Source: a virus. Taken from it: DNA of 64,000 nucleotides. The stretch lies in the IMG/VR virus record IMGVR_UViG_3300044716_000732, positions 23,023 through 87,022 of that record, one strand, 5' to 3'. Made by a program: the position numbers and the translations under genes. A model generated the notes under the pieces. It was not told where the DNA came from. It searched no databases and worked only from the letters and a program-made list of their open reading frames with translations. Below are positions 1-10,487 of this stretch, one piece after another. The stretch's first letter is position 1, and the number at the start of each line of letters is the position of its first letter.

Positions 1-1
1 G

Positions 2-1621
2 GACAACTTCACGATCACTTCGATTCACAATCAAGTCAAGCGTATCTACAATGCTTACTTCAATCAGACTGGTATGCCCACAATCTCTCTGGCATCACAG
101 GAGAATACGAAGGATGCAAACGGAGTCGCAATTCAGATTCCAATTAAGAACTCTGACATTGGAAACTTCCACGCTGCTGTCTTCAAGGCATTCCGTTTCT
201 TTGATGTCAAGCCAATCATCACAGGTGATTCTATTAACTGGACAGACAAGGCAAACTTTGAGGGAACATTCTGGAAAAGCTATTCCAATCTCAATAGTTC
301 TTATGCTGTCATGGGGGGAGTCACATATCCTATCGACATATACAAAGTCGATGCTGACCACTACGACATCGTTCGCAAAGCAGGACTGGTGATTCACTTC
401 AACATTGGGGAACTCGATGTCACTCCTTCCCGCGAATCCCTCATGTATCACGATTGGGTTGTCAAGGCAATCAACGACAAAATTGCTCTTGTCAAGAAGG
501 ATTTCGTTACCAAGGTTGAAGATCAAATCAAGAACTCACCGAACCTTCTGGATGCGGTGAAGGCACTCTACCTCTTGAGCAACCAATGGAGTTTCCTCAA
601 TTCCACTTTGATTAACGGAAAGGTATTGTGGAACAAGGTCGAGATCACCGATCCTCGAAAATCAATCAAAGCTATCTGTCAAGATACATTCCAATCTCTT
701 TCTAAAACAAGATGGGGAAGGTCAAAAATCGCTGTATCTGGATATGCGGATTTGAGCAACAATGCTCTCTGGTATTACGATGACCTCAAACGAGGATCAC
801 ATAAACGAGTGACAACCTTCATTCGTGGACATTCCAATTCGGATATTTCAATCAATCTGGTGGATGAAAAGTCGATGAAGGATTTGATCAAATCTGGATT
901 CCCTGCATCCACATTCATTCCAACTTCCACTCTCCCTGCCATTGCAAGTGGTAGCAGAAAAGGAAGCATCAAGAACAGCAAGCCAAAAGGATTTATCAAT
1001 CTCTACTCTATGGGTTCTACATATCAGTCCTCTTGGGAATCCAATAGCTTCGACCTCGCTACTGGCACAGCACCCAAGTATTATGTTGTCAAGGATGTTT
1101 CTACTTGGAAGTTTGACCGCATGGAACTCAACACAACCGATGGTAAAAAACTGATGACGATTGAAAACAAGTCAACTCTAAATGATTTCTGTCAGTATGC
1201 AGGAATAAGCATTGACGATGTTCGCATGGTAGCAAAAAACAATGCGAAATTCCTTGACACACTTGGAAGCACCAACCTCGCAGATGTTGTCAAGAAAAAA
1301 CAACCCAAACTTTCTTGGGACACAATTCAGATTGCAAAGCATATCGAATTTAGAACAGCACTCAATGTATCGAAGAATAGTTTGTATTCCAAAATCTCCG
1401 ACACAAATCCATTCAAGATTTTTGTTGACAGCATTCTTGAAATCAAGAAGGAGATCGGAAAACTGGAAAATGTCCTCCGACATATTTCTTCCGAGGAACG
1501 AAAAAATGTTTTGACATATCCTTCAAAGATGGTAGAGTTATTTTATCTCTCCTGTGAAAGTTGGCAGGTGGGAGTCGAGATGACGCTTAATGCGATTCTC
1601 GAAACAGAGAAAACCAACTAA
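2..1621 (+). CDS. rIIA: rIIA-like protein (5' truncated by window edge)
   Basis: Frame is open from nt 2 (DNFTITSIHN...). Motifs NGVAIQIP, YAVMGGVTYPID and IGELDVTPSRESL are typical of T4 rIIA. Directly upstream of rIIB. Confidence 0.85.
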   Translation, partial: DNFTITSIHNQVKRIYNAYFNQTGMPTISLASQENTKDANGVAIQIPIKNSDIGNFHAAVFKAFRFFDVKPIITGDSINWTDKANFEGTFWKSYSNLNSSYAVMGGVTYPIDIYKVDADHYDIVRKAGLVIHFNIGELDVTPSRESLMYHDWVVKAINDKIALVKKDFVTKVEDQIKNSPNLLDAVKALYLLSNQWSFLNSTLINGKVLWNKVEITDPRKSIKAICQDTFQSLSKTRWGRSKIAVSGYADLSNNALWYYDDLKRGSHKRVTTFIRGHSNSDISINLVDEKSMKDLIKSGFPASTFIPTSTLPAIASGSRKGSIKNSKPKGFINLYSMGSTYQSSWESNSFDLATGTAPKYYVVKDVSTWKFDRMELNTTDGKKLMTIENKSTLNDFCQYAGISIDDVRMVAKNNAKFLDTLGSTNLADVVKKKQPKLSWDTIQIAKHIEFRTALNVSKNSLYSKISDTNPFKIFVDSILEIKKEIGKLENVLRHISSEERKNVLTYPSKMVELFYLSCESWQVGVEMTLNAILETEKTN

Positions 1622-1653
1622 AACAAACCAAGTAGTAAATAGAAAATAATAGT

Positions 1654-2628
1654 ATGGACAATACAACCACACAAGCAGCAGTCATCATCACAGGTAGCGG
1701 CAAGATCGCCGCTACCATCAACGGACAATCCTACACGATTGACACCGATCACCCGAAATACCAACTGGCACTCGATTCGGTTCGTAACAAGAAATGGAAT
1801 CGTTTTGTCGATCTGGTCAACATCAGCAAGCAGGTTCAAGAATACTTTGAGGGAACGGATGCAGAGATCAAAGATGGTTCAATCAACTATCATGGTCAGA
1901 TCATTCACAACACTCTCACAAAGCGCATTCTCTCCTTCATGCGTGAGGGTCTTCCCCATGAACCACTCTTGAACTTCTTCAAGAACCTCATGGACAATCC
2001 AAGCAAGCGAGCAGTAGATGAACTCTACGACTTCCTTGAAGCAGGAGAACTCCCAATCACCGAGGATGGTCACTTCCTCGCCTTCAAGAATGTTCGATCC
2101 AATTACTTCGACATTCATTCTGGCAAGTTCGACAACTCTGTGGGCAAGGTATGCGAGATGCCTCGCAATGGAGTTGACGAGGACAAGGAACGCACCTGTT
2201 CCTATGGACTCCACTTCTGTTCGATCAAGTATCTTCCTCACTTCTCCGATGGGGAGAATGGCAAGACAATGATCGTCAAGATCAATCCCCGCGATGTAGT
2301 GGCGATTCCAGCAGACTACGAGAACACCAAGGGTCGCACTTGCCGATACGAAGTAATTGCAGAATACAAAGATGACTGGCGTTCTAAACTCAATCGGAAT
2401 GAATCTGGTTGGGACTCCGAACTCTATTCCTCCGATGGTGGAGACTATGAGATTGACGAACTGGATGAGCTTGACGAGAACGAGAACGAGAACGATTGCT
2501 CCTTCTCCAACGATTGCGATGAGAACCATTGCTTCTGTCAAGACAAAGGTTATGGCTACAAACCAAGTGGTCACAAGTTCCACAATGTTCGTGGACAAGA
2601 CGGAAAGTTTGTCAAGAAAAATTGGTAA
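1654..2628 (+). CDS. rIIB: rIIB-like protein
   Basis: NPSKRAVDELYDFL, LPITEDGHFLAFK, MPRNGVDED..TCSYGLH, VKINPRDVVAIP are rIIB signature motifs; acidic C-terminal tail. Confidence 0.92.
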   Translation: MDNTTTQAAVIITGSGKIAATINGQSYTIDTDHPKYQLALDSVRNKKWNRFVDLVNISKQVQEYFEGTDAEIKDGSINYHGQIIHNTLTKRILSFMREGLPHEPLLNFFKNLMDNPSKRAVDELYDFLEAGELPITEDGHFLAFKNVRSNYFDIHSGKFDNSVGKVCEMPRNGVDEDKERTCSYGLHFCSIKYLPHFSDGENGKTMIVKINPRDVVAIPADYENTKGRTCRYEVIAEYKDDWRSKLNRNESGWDSELYSSDGGDYEIDELDELDENENENDCSFSNDCDENHCFCQDKGYGYKPSGHKFHNVRGQDGKFVKKNW

Positions 2629-2689
2629 GGTGGTTGGTCAAGGCGAGAGGGGTGGTTCCCTCTCGCCAAACCACATAAGAAATATCAAT

Positions 2690-3157
2690 ATGGAAAACGA
2701 AGAAACACCGAAACCTATTTCCATGAAGAGTGCTCTTGTAGTGGTGGTATCTCTTCATGCCGTTGCCTTATTCGGAATAATATATTTTTCTTCTATCAAG
2801 TCATCACAAGCAGAGAGTGATAAAAAATTCTTGACAGAGGACAAGTATGCAGGGGTTGAAGCAACACCGACACCATTGCCAACACCTGATCCTTCTCCGA
2901 TAGATCAGATACCACCAAAGCAAGCATGGCCTACTGAAAATGTAAAACAAGAACTCAAGACATGGCCGAACACCAAGAAGGCAATACCTGTTGTTCAAAG
3001 TAATTCTCACTACACAAAAGAATATGTCGTCAAACGGGGAGACACATTCAATAGTATAGTGAGGAAATACAAACTCAATGCAGATAAACTAAAACAAATA
3101 AATAAAATCAAAAACGAAAACACAATCCAAGTAGGACAAAAACTAAAACTAATGTAA
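2690..3157 (+). CDS. Membrane-anchored LysM-domain protein
   Basis: N-terminal TM (ALVVVVSLHAVALFGIIYF), Pro/Thr linker, C-terminal LysM (YVVKRGDTFNSIVRKY...IQVGQKLKL). Start reassigned to ATG 2690 to avoid the rIIB overlap. Confidence 0.85.
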   Translation: MENEETPKPISMKSALVVVVSLHAVALFGIIYFSSIKSSQAESDKKFLTEDKYAGVEATPTPLPTPDPSPIDQIPPKQAWPTENVKQELKTWPNTKKAIPVVQSNSHYTKEYVVKRGDTFNSIVRKYKLNADKLKQINKIKNENTIQVGQKLKLM

Positions 3158-3615
3158 TTATGAAACATATCGCAACACTCACTCTCATCCTCTTCAAAGA
3201 ACAAAACCTCTACGCATATGAGTATGATGACCAGAACGGGAATATGCAGATCGAATATGGATTCACATCAGTAGGGGATGCTCTCAACGGAGCATTCAAA
3301 AGGCTAAAGACTTTCACGGTCTTGCCTGATGTAGAGTCAAGGTAATTTTCTTTTGTCATACAAAACTATGGCTACAAAGAAACGGTTGACTCGAAAAAAG
3401 CCAACCAATATGGTAGTGGTTCAAACTAAAACGAAACCTCAACTTATTATAAATGCAATGAGTTTAAAACAGAAAGTCACGATACATGTAAGCGGTGGAA
3501 GGGTCGAGGATATTGTCAAGGAGAATTGTCCAGAATTGAACATAGAGGTTCATGACTACGATATAGGAGACACTGAAGATAACCTGCACCAAGACGAGAA
3601 AGGAAAAAACTTTCT

Positions 3616-3870
3616 ATGTTTCGAGTTCTAACAATTGGAATATCCTTGACATTGATTGGATGCACCACAGGAAGCAAGTATAGGTATATTGAAAACCATT
3701 ATACGAATGTTCAATCCCCTGTTGAATATCCAGTATATGTGGAAACACCAGTCTATAGAGAAAGACCAGTATATCACTACGATTCCCGAAGAGCAACCAT
3801 GGCGGATCTTGGAAAAGCAATGGGAGAAAAAATGCTAAGAAAAATGAGAGCCGCATACAATGAAAATTAA
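3616..3870 (+). CDS. Small putative lipoprotein
   Basis: Hydrophobic N-terminus ending in lipobox-like LIGC. Confidence 0.5.
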   Translation: MFRVLTIGISLTLIGCTTGSKYRYIENHYTNVQSPVEYPVYVETPVYRERPVYHYDSRRATMADLGKAMGEKMLRKMRAAYNEN

Positions 3871-4348
3871 TCCATATAAAATAGGAATGAACTTCTATAT
3901 TATTCTAATTGTATTTGTTTTCACATTTTTCGGATGCAAAACATTTGAGAAATATGATGAACGAATGAAGATGAAAAAAATTGCAGAGAGTATCTGGAAC
4001 ACTCCAGACTTGACAAAGAACAAAAAATAATAGACAATAGTAATATGACACAAAATATAAAAACCAGATGGAATCATTTTGGAGCATCTATTATCTCTGC
4101 TTGTGAAGCAGGACATGATATGAGTATTCCATCTTTCCTATTTTTGGGAATCAAATCTTTCATCTTTAATAAGACATATCAGTTTAATAGAACATCGTGT
4201 CGTAATAGAACATCGTGTTGCAATACCGCGCATGACACATATACACGCGAAGGAATGCCCATTGCAAAGAGGAAACCACTAAAGAAGAAACCACTAAAGA
4301 AGAAACCACTAAAGAAAGTAAAGACAAAAATCAATTAGATTATTTTAT

Positions 4349-4603
4349 ATGATGAATACAATAGCACAACTACGACGAAGCGGATACAAGGTAAGGGTTC
4401 TACACTCTCGACCAAAGATGTCCATCCAAAAGATCGGTGGAGTAATGACCGAATACAATCCAAAGGGTGGGAATACAATCATCGAGGTGACATCACCAGA
4501 TGGTAGGAATGCAATAGGAGCCTCACAATGCTCCGAGAAAGAATCTTGGAACAGGAAGATGGGAAATCAAATTGCATTGGGCAGAGCAATGGCACAACTA
4601 TAA
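4349..4603 (+). CDS. Hypothetical phage protein
   Basis: Clean ORF followed by a terminator; C-terminal CSEKESWNRKMGNQIALGRA motif of a type common in small phage proteins. Confidence 0.7.
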   Translation: MMNTIAQLRRSGYKVRVLHSRPKMSIQKIGGVMTEYNPKGGNTIIEVTSPDGRNAIGASQCSEKESWNRKMGNQIALGRAMAQL

Positions 4604-4617
4604 AATAGAAACAGAAT

Positions 4618-4656
4618 AAAAAGCGGTTGTATGTTTTGTCATACAACCGCTTTTTT
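4618..4656 (+). terminator. Rho-independent terminator overlapping a box variant
   Basis: GCGGTTGTATG...CATACAACCGC stem followed by T6. Confidence 0.75.
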
Positions 4657-5356
4657 GTCATACAAAACTTGTATTGTCATACAAAACCCTCCCTGATAAC
4701 AGAATACCTTTTGTATGACAAGAGAAAATTGTATTGTCATACAAAACCCAACCCCAAAAAAAATTTGAAAAAGTTCTGGACACTATTGGAGATTTGGTGT
4801 AGATTGGATTCTCAATTATGAAAAAAGTAGAAACAGCAAAACAAATCCTAAAGGAAATCAATTCATACTCTGTCGAAATTCGTTGCGGTTTCAAAGATGA
4901 AGTCAATAGGATGATGCAACATATTAAAACCAAATCATTTTTAAAACGATTGGAAGAATATATGAAGACATCTGATTATGATGAATTGATTGCATGGGCA
5001 AGGAACTATCAATAAGTCCCACTATGAGCGAAAACGACAACTCACAAATCGTATTGGGTATCGGAGTTATTCTATTTGCAATAGGATTGATTCTGATTAC
5101 ACCTTTTCTTCTCATCTGGTCTGTCAATGGATTGTTTGCTTTGGCAATTCAATACACATGGACGAACTGGTTCTATGCTCTGGTCATCATGCTTCTTGTT
5201 AGGGGAAGCGCATCATATACAAAAAAATGAAATCATTCATGGTCTATTGCACTCTGGAAACAGAGGAACCCTTCATGGTGGAAGCAGAAACATTAGAGGA
5301 AGCAAAGGATGAAGCACTCAAGGAACTCGGTTGGCACTTGATCGAAAGCGAAGACG

Positions 5357-5752
5357 ATGAAGAAGAAGATTCAATTTGAATATAATGATGGGGGAAGACA
5401 TCGAGCAGGATTTAGTGACAAGGTTGGTGATTGCGTAACAAGATCAATTTCCATTCTATTTGGATTTGATTACTTGGATGCTCACCAACAAGTCAACATT
5501 CTTTTGAAAAGATTCAGCGATGGAAACTCTCTGGTTCCAAATGGAATTACCAACTCGTCAACAAAAAAGTTGATGAAACATTTCGGACTTGTTTGGAATC
5601 CCACGAATAGTTTTCTGGACATTCCAAGAAAAGGAAAAGTCATTTTGAATTTCCCTCATCATGTGTGTGCAGTCATTGATGGAACAATCCATGACACGCA
5701 TGACAACAGAAATAATTCAAATAGAATTTATGGGTTTTGGAAATTCAAATGA
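5357..5752 (+). CDS. Conserved phage protein, possible papain-like Cys/His/Asp fold
   Basis: GDCVTRSIS ... HVCAVIDGTIHDTHD. Confidence 0.55.
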   Translation: MKKKIQFEYNDGGRHRAGFSDKVGDCVTRSISILFGFDYLDAHQQVNILLKRFSDGNSLVPNGITNSSTKKLMKHFGLVWNPTNSFLDIPRKGKVILNFPHHVCAVIDGTIHDTHDNRNNSNRIYGFWKFK

Positions 5753-5962
5753 ATTTTCAAAGCGGATGGGTTTTGTATGACAGAAGAAAAACCTGTTGAC
5801 AGAAACAAAAAAGTTGATCTCAGAGTTTTGTATGACAGGAGAAAAAAATAAAACTATTTCATTTTTTTCTATTGACTCTGAAACGAATTGGATTTAGAGT
5901 AGGGATAGTTAGATGAATGGTTCATCTGACGAAACAAACCACATAAAAGAAAGACTACTACT

Positions 5963-6997
5963 ATGGCACATATGATTGAAGAAAACATCGACCTCGTTTA
6001 TTCCGTTGAAGGAACCGAATGGCATGGACTGGCACAAGTCCGCGAGGAGATCACCGAAACTGAGTTCGCTACTCTCTCCCATGAGATCATCGAATCACCT
6101 GTCACTTGTCAAGTTGAGGGACAAACTATCGCACTTCCCAACCACAAAATCCTTGTGGCAGATATGCGCCAGTCTCGTCCTGACTTGGAAGCGGACAAGC
6201 AGTTCGTTCCACTTCATGTTCCCAAGACTGGTTACAAGGTCATCAATAATCGTGAGGTGATCGAGTGCATGAAGGAATCATTTGCTGGATTGGATGTTAA
6301 AATCACTACCGCTGGCACTCTGGAAGGTGCGAAGAAGTTCTTCGTATCGGTTGACATTGGTGACTCTGACCTCATCATCAACAAGGACAGCTTCAAGGCT
6401 TATGTGAACTTCATCACTGGTCATGATGGCACTCTGGCGATGACTGCTTATGATAGTGTAATCCGAATCGTCTGCATGAACACGCTGATGGCAAGCCGTC
6501 AAGCCGCTGGCGAGGTTGGATTCTCGGTCTATCATACCAAGAATGCAGACTTGGCAATGAAGAACCTTCCCGAATTGTTCAACGCTATTCTCAAAGGACG
6601 CGCTAACTTGAAGGAAGTGATGGAGTATCTGGAGAGCAACAAGTGCGACCACAATGATGCTCTGGCAATGGCAGCAGGTTACTTCTGCTTAGAGACAGAC
6701 AAAGCGGAACTCTCCACTCGCGCCATGAATGCCGCCCAAGGTATCGCAACCTTGTTCAGCAGGGGCATTGGTAACAAAGGCGAGACTCTGTATGATCTGG
6801 CTAACGGAGCAACAGAATACTATACCAGCGGAGAAGGAACGGGCAAGGGTAAGACTTCTCTCGCGGATCGAACATATCGTTCAGTCATGGGTAGTGCAGC
6901 AACTCACAAAGAAGCGTTTGTGGCAATGCTGGCAAATGAAGATCGTAGGAAAGATGCCCTGCGACTTGGCAAGCAAGCTCTCGCACTTGCAAGCTAA
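5963..6997 (+). CDS. DUF932 (phage/plasmid TIGR03299-like) protein
   Basis: MAHMIE..WHGL N-terminus, HDGT...IRIVCMNTL, HTKNA, GETLYDLANGATEY motifs; promoter TTGACT(5872)-17-TAGAGT(5895). Confidence 0.85.
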   Translation: MAHMIEENIDLVYSVEGTEWHGLAQVREEITETEFATLSHEIIESPVTCQVEGQTIALPNHKILVADMRQSRPDLEADKQFVPLHVPKTGYKVINNREVIECMKESFAGLDVKITTAGTLEGAKKFFVSVDIGDSDLIINKDSFKAYVNFITGHDGTLAMTAYDSVIRIVCMNTLMASRQAAGEVGFSVYHTKNADLAMKNLPELFNAILKGRANLKEVMEYLESNKCDHNDALAMAAGYFCLETDKAELSTRAMNAAQGIATLFSRGIGNKGETLYDLANGATEYYTSGEGTGKGKTSLADRTYRSVMGSAATHKEAFVAMLANEDRRKDALRLGKQALALAS

Positions 6998-7006
6998 AGA
7001 GGTATA

Positions 7007-7042
7007 AACAAAACCCCCACTCGAAAGAGTGGGGGTTTTGTT
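7007..7042. terminator. Bidirectional terminator
   Basis: AACAAAACCCCCACTC-GAAA-GAGTGGGGGTTTTGTT between convergent genes. Confidence 0.85.
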
Positions 7043-7047
7043 ATCTA

Positions 7048-7533
7048 TTACTTTGTATTGTATTGTTTTACTTTATTTCCTTTAGATAAATTTTCTTTCC
7101 ACCATAAAGGCTGTAGATTTTTATAGTGAAAGCATTTTTTTTGTTGTTCTGGATCGGTAAGATCAAAAGAAGAACAAGGTATAATATGATCTATATGCCA
7201 TCCATGATTTCCATGATTTTCCCATGACATTCCTTCTTTGAATTGAGACTCTATGTGTGATCTTGCGTCTTCTAAAGTTCCACCCAAAAGATCCATCGTG
7301 TTACATGATTTGATCGACTTTTGTTCTTTCAAAACTCTTAACATTCTATGTCTTAATAATTCTCTCATTTTGAAGTCTGGATCGTTCCTTTTTCTGTTTC
7401 TTTGATATGCGTTTATTTTGTCTCTATTATTATCTCTATATCGTTTTGCTCTAATTAGAATTTTCTCTTTATTGTTTTCGTAGTTTTTATAGTAAGATTT
7501 CAATCTTTGTTGTTTTCTTTTTTCGGTGTCCAT
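7048..7533 (-). CDS. Free-standing HNH homing endonuclease
   Basis: GMSWENHG..WHIDHIIPCSSFDL...CFHYKNLQPLW..EN. Likely start is MDTEK at 7533 after a TAAGTA late promoter; the longer ORF runs through the box array. Confidence 0.85.
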   Translation of the reverse strand: MDTEKRKQQRLKSYYKNYENNKEKILIRAKRYRDNNRDKINAYQRNRKRNDPDFKMRELLRHRMLRVLKEQKSIKSCNTMDLLGGTLEDARSHIESQFKEGMSWENHGNHGWHIDHIIPCSSFDLTDPEQQKKCFHYKNLQPLWWKENLSKGNKVKQYNTK

Positions 7534-8020
7534 ATATGTCCAATACTTATTATAGTATATTACAATATCACATAATTTATTTCTTTTGTCATACAAAACC
7601 TGTTGCAATAGAACATCGTGTAAAAATAGAACATGGTGTTGCAATACCGCGAGTGCGTATGTGCGTATTGTCATACAAAACCATGAATTGTAGAGTTTTG
7701 TATGACGGAAAAAATAGTTGAAAATAGATATTGCAATAAAATCAAAATCAATTAGATTGAAAGTCCAATGAAAGCAATACACTTCACAGCTAACAGCAAT
7801 TGCCAAACCTATCCAACATCTCAAAGCAACCAAATCACGAAAGATTATTATCATTTTTTGGTTGGTGAAATCAATCGCAATGTTATTAAAAAAGTAGTTT
7901 GCAGAGTCGAAGATGATCGGTTTGGAAAAATTTCCCATTACTTGGTGTCCGAAAGATAATCAACCTTTACAATAATCTCCCCACAGAATTATTCCAATAT
8001 AATTATTGACTTGTAAAACA

Positions 8021-8053
8021 AAAAGAGGGAGTCGAAAGACTCCCTCTTTTTTT
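8021..8053 (+). terminator. Terminator, repeated GAGTC-GAAA-GACTC family
   Basis: GAGGGAGTC-GAAA-GACTCCCTC plus T-tract; near-identical hairpins at 9272-9302 and 11689-11723. Confidence 0.85.
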
Positions 8054-8311
8054 GTCATACAAAACTGGTAGAATTGTATTGTCATACAAAACCCTCTATC
8101 ACAGCACATTGCATTTCGTATGACAAGACAAACTTGTATTGTCATACAAAACCTCCTCCCCCCCCATAACCCCCTGTTCTTGAGTTCTTTGGGTTTTGTA
8201 TGACAGGAAAAATAGTTGAAAATTTCTCTTCCAAAATAATCCAAATGGAATAACTTGGTTTCAGTCGAAAGCACGATGCCGACGATGACCAAACCAAAAA
8301 CCACTACTACC

Positions 8312-9262
8312 ATGTTTAATAAAAATACAGAGTTCAATATCAGCAAAGCACATTCCCGTTTCAAAGTAGCTCGCTCTATCAAAGCGGATGGAAACCACAA
8401 CAAAGTAATTCACTATCTTGGAGGGGTTTCTACCAAAACCCATTTCGAGGATTACTTCTCTAAAGAGAACACCACATTCGTTCGATATGAGATGGATAAA
8501 TGTGATCGTCCTAATAATTATTGCCATGCTTGGAATATGGTTCTTTCTCCTGCTGATGCTCGTTACACATTCCACATGGAATTAACTAAAAAGACACCAG
8601 AGCAATATGGTTATTTTGTGAACGAAAATTTTTACACCGAGGTTCAAAAGTTCATGCAAGTCGAAGAAATAATTTGCAAAAAGAATTATTTCTGGATTGA
8701 TTTGTGCGGAATGCCAAGTGATTCAAATATCTCCGAAATCAATGATTTTGTTAAATCTTACAATAATTTTGCGGAGGAAATCTATGTGACTTTTTTCTTG
8801 AATCCCAGAAAAGAAAAGGATGCTGCACAAGCAGTCAACCGATATGGCAAATCTCTCAAAGATAGAGCACGATCAGCTTGTGACACGCTCAAAGAAAAAA
8901 TTTCTGTTGACATATATTCTTTCTCCGTGTTAGATATATACACCAACGGAAAAGCACCGATGGCAGTAATCAAAATGAAAAAGAAAATGAAAAAGACAAA
9001 AACCAAAATCAGCAAAAACCCAATCTGCAACTCTGAGAACTATGCTCTGATGCGCGACAAGGGATTCACCAACCTCGAAATCCAGACCATGTGGGGAGTG
9101 CCACAAATGGCAGTAGCCGCATATCAAGCATGGAACACGATGGGAGGGAAGACATGGAATGACCAGCAACGCGAACTCGAAACGATTCGCCTTGGCCGTC
9201 GAGTCTGCAAGAACACCATCACTCTGGACGATGAACACGATCCAGAAAATGGAATGATCTAA
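8312..9262 (+). CDS. Hypothetical protein, possible class I SAM-methyltransferase-like fold with C-terminal HTH
   Basis: Start at ATG 8312 after an ACTACTACC leader. YLGG...FWIDLCG...IYVTF pattern; C-terminal RDKGFTNLEIQTMWGVPQMAVAAY is helix-turn-helix-like. Function is tentative. Confidence 0.5.
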   Translation: MFNKNTEFNISKAHSRFKVARSIKADGNHNKVIHYLGGVSTKTHFEDYFSKENTTFVRYEMDKCDRPNNYCHAWNMVLSPADARYTFHMELTKKTPEQYGYFVNENFYTEVQKFMQVEEIICKKNYFWIDLCGMPSDSNISEINDFVKSYNNFAEEIYVTFFLNPRKEKDAAQAVNRYGKSLKDRARSACDTLKEKISVDIYSFSVLDIYTNGKAPMAVIKMKKKMKKTKTKISKNPICNSENYALMRDKGFTNLEIQTMWGVPQMAVAAYQAWNTMGGKTWNDQQRELETIRLGRRVCKNTITLDDEHDPENGMI

Positions 9263-9271
9263 ACCTCAACC

Positions 9272-9302
9272 GAGGGGAGTCGAAAGACTCCCCTCTTTTT
9301 TT
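9272..9302 (+). terminator. Terminator
   Basis: GAGGGGAGTC-GAAA-GACTCCCCTC plus T7. Confidence 0.85.
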
Positions 9303-9580
9303 GTCAACAGATATTTCTCTTGTCATACAAAACCCTCCATATTGTTTTGTCATACGAAACCATCCCAACTCCAAGAGCCAGAAATAGTTTTGTATGACAG
9401 AAGAAAAAAACCTTGACAGAAACAAAAAAGTTGATCTCCGAGTTTTGTATGACAGGAGAAAAAAATAAAAATTTTTGTTGCGGTGTTCGGTGATTGTGGT
9501 AGAGTGAATACATCTTCAAACGAGGATACGGAGCAAAGCCAGCCGATCAAGTGGCAAGGGGCGGAAATCCCCAAAACAAA

Positions 9581-10036
9581 ATGAACATCGCAGAAATCAA
9601 AAACATCCTGTCAACTCGCAAAGGTTCCAACCTCTCTGCCATCTTTGGCAAGGAACTCAAGACTCGCAAAGGAGTCACCGATTGCGTGGAGAAAGTCACC
9701 TCCATCGTTGTGCGTGGTGGAATCGAATACGACAACCAGAAGGTTGTCATCGAAGGCAGGGAAGATGGCACATTGCCATCGGAGAATGCAGGTCTTCCTT
9801 GGGGACAATGGGCTGAATATCCTTTCCACATTGAACACAAGGGGACTGATTATGTCCGCTTCTACTCTGCCAGCGGAATCGCTTTTGAGCCAAAGGTGGA
9901 ATACTACCTCAACGGAATCCTTGTGGATAAGGCACAAGTTCAACCACTCTGCCTCGCCAGCGAGTTTCCTAATCGTCAAGACGCACCTCTGGCGATGACG
10001 GTGAAAGCCGAGAATGTCAAGGCAATTATTATCTGA
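9581..10036 (+). CDS. Hypothetical early protein
   Basis: ATG 9581 downstream of promoter TTGCGG(9478)-16-TAGAGT(9500); C-ending codon bias like other early genes; LPWGQW motif. Confidence 0.75.
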   Translation: MNIAEIKNILSTRKGSNLSAIFGKELKTRKGVTDCVEKVTSIVVRGGIEYDNQKVVIEGREDGTLPSENAGLPWGQWAEYPFHIEHKGTDYVRFYSASGIAFEPKVEYYLNGILVDKAQVQPLCLASEFPNRQDAPLAMTVKAENVKAIII

Positions 10037-10487
10037 TTCAATCGGGGGAGGGAAAATCGGTTCCCTCCCCCACAACCAAAAAATCAAAATGAAAGCAATC
10101 ACAAAAATCCTCTCGATCCTTTTTCCCTTCAAAGAACTCAACGGAAAGCCAAGCGTGTTCATTCAAGACACATGGCTGGAAAAGAATACTCGCCCATTGC
10201 AAGTCAAGGAATATCTCTGGCATCCTTCAAGAATTTAGGTGGTGGTCGTCATAGCCGAGGGGGAGGTGTGGTAGCCTCCCCCTCATTTTTCTGTCAATAA
10301 AAAATTGTATTGTCATACGAAACTATTCTGATTGACATCGCAATTTGCGATACCAAAAGGTTTTGTATGACAGAAGAAAAAAAACTTGACAGAATCTTTT
10401 TTGTTGATCTCAGAGTTTTGTATGACAGGAGAAAAAGATAAAAATTTTTATTGCCATGTTCAATCGGTGTGATAAATTGATTGCCTT

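Noticed and set aside
95-2598. Long antisense ORFs 95..526 and 1879..2598 (also 9611..10162)
   Set aside because: Shadow frames of codon-biased sense genes
4186-4230. GAACATCGTGTT as a LexA box
   Set aside because: Spacing and orientation match neither GAAC-N4-GTTC nor TGTTC-N4-GAACA; left as an unassigned motif
7534-7938. N-terminal extension of ORF 7048..7938, and ORFs 4627..4821, 7960..8403, 9219..9574, 11078..11410, 11657..11938
   Set aside because: They translate the box arrays (recurring CHTK / FCMT / LYD peptides) and overlap promoters; spurious
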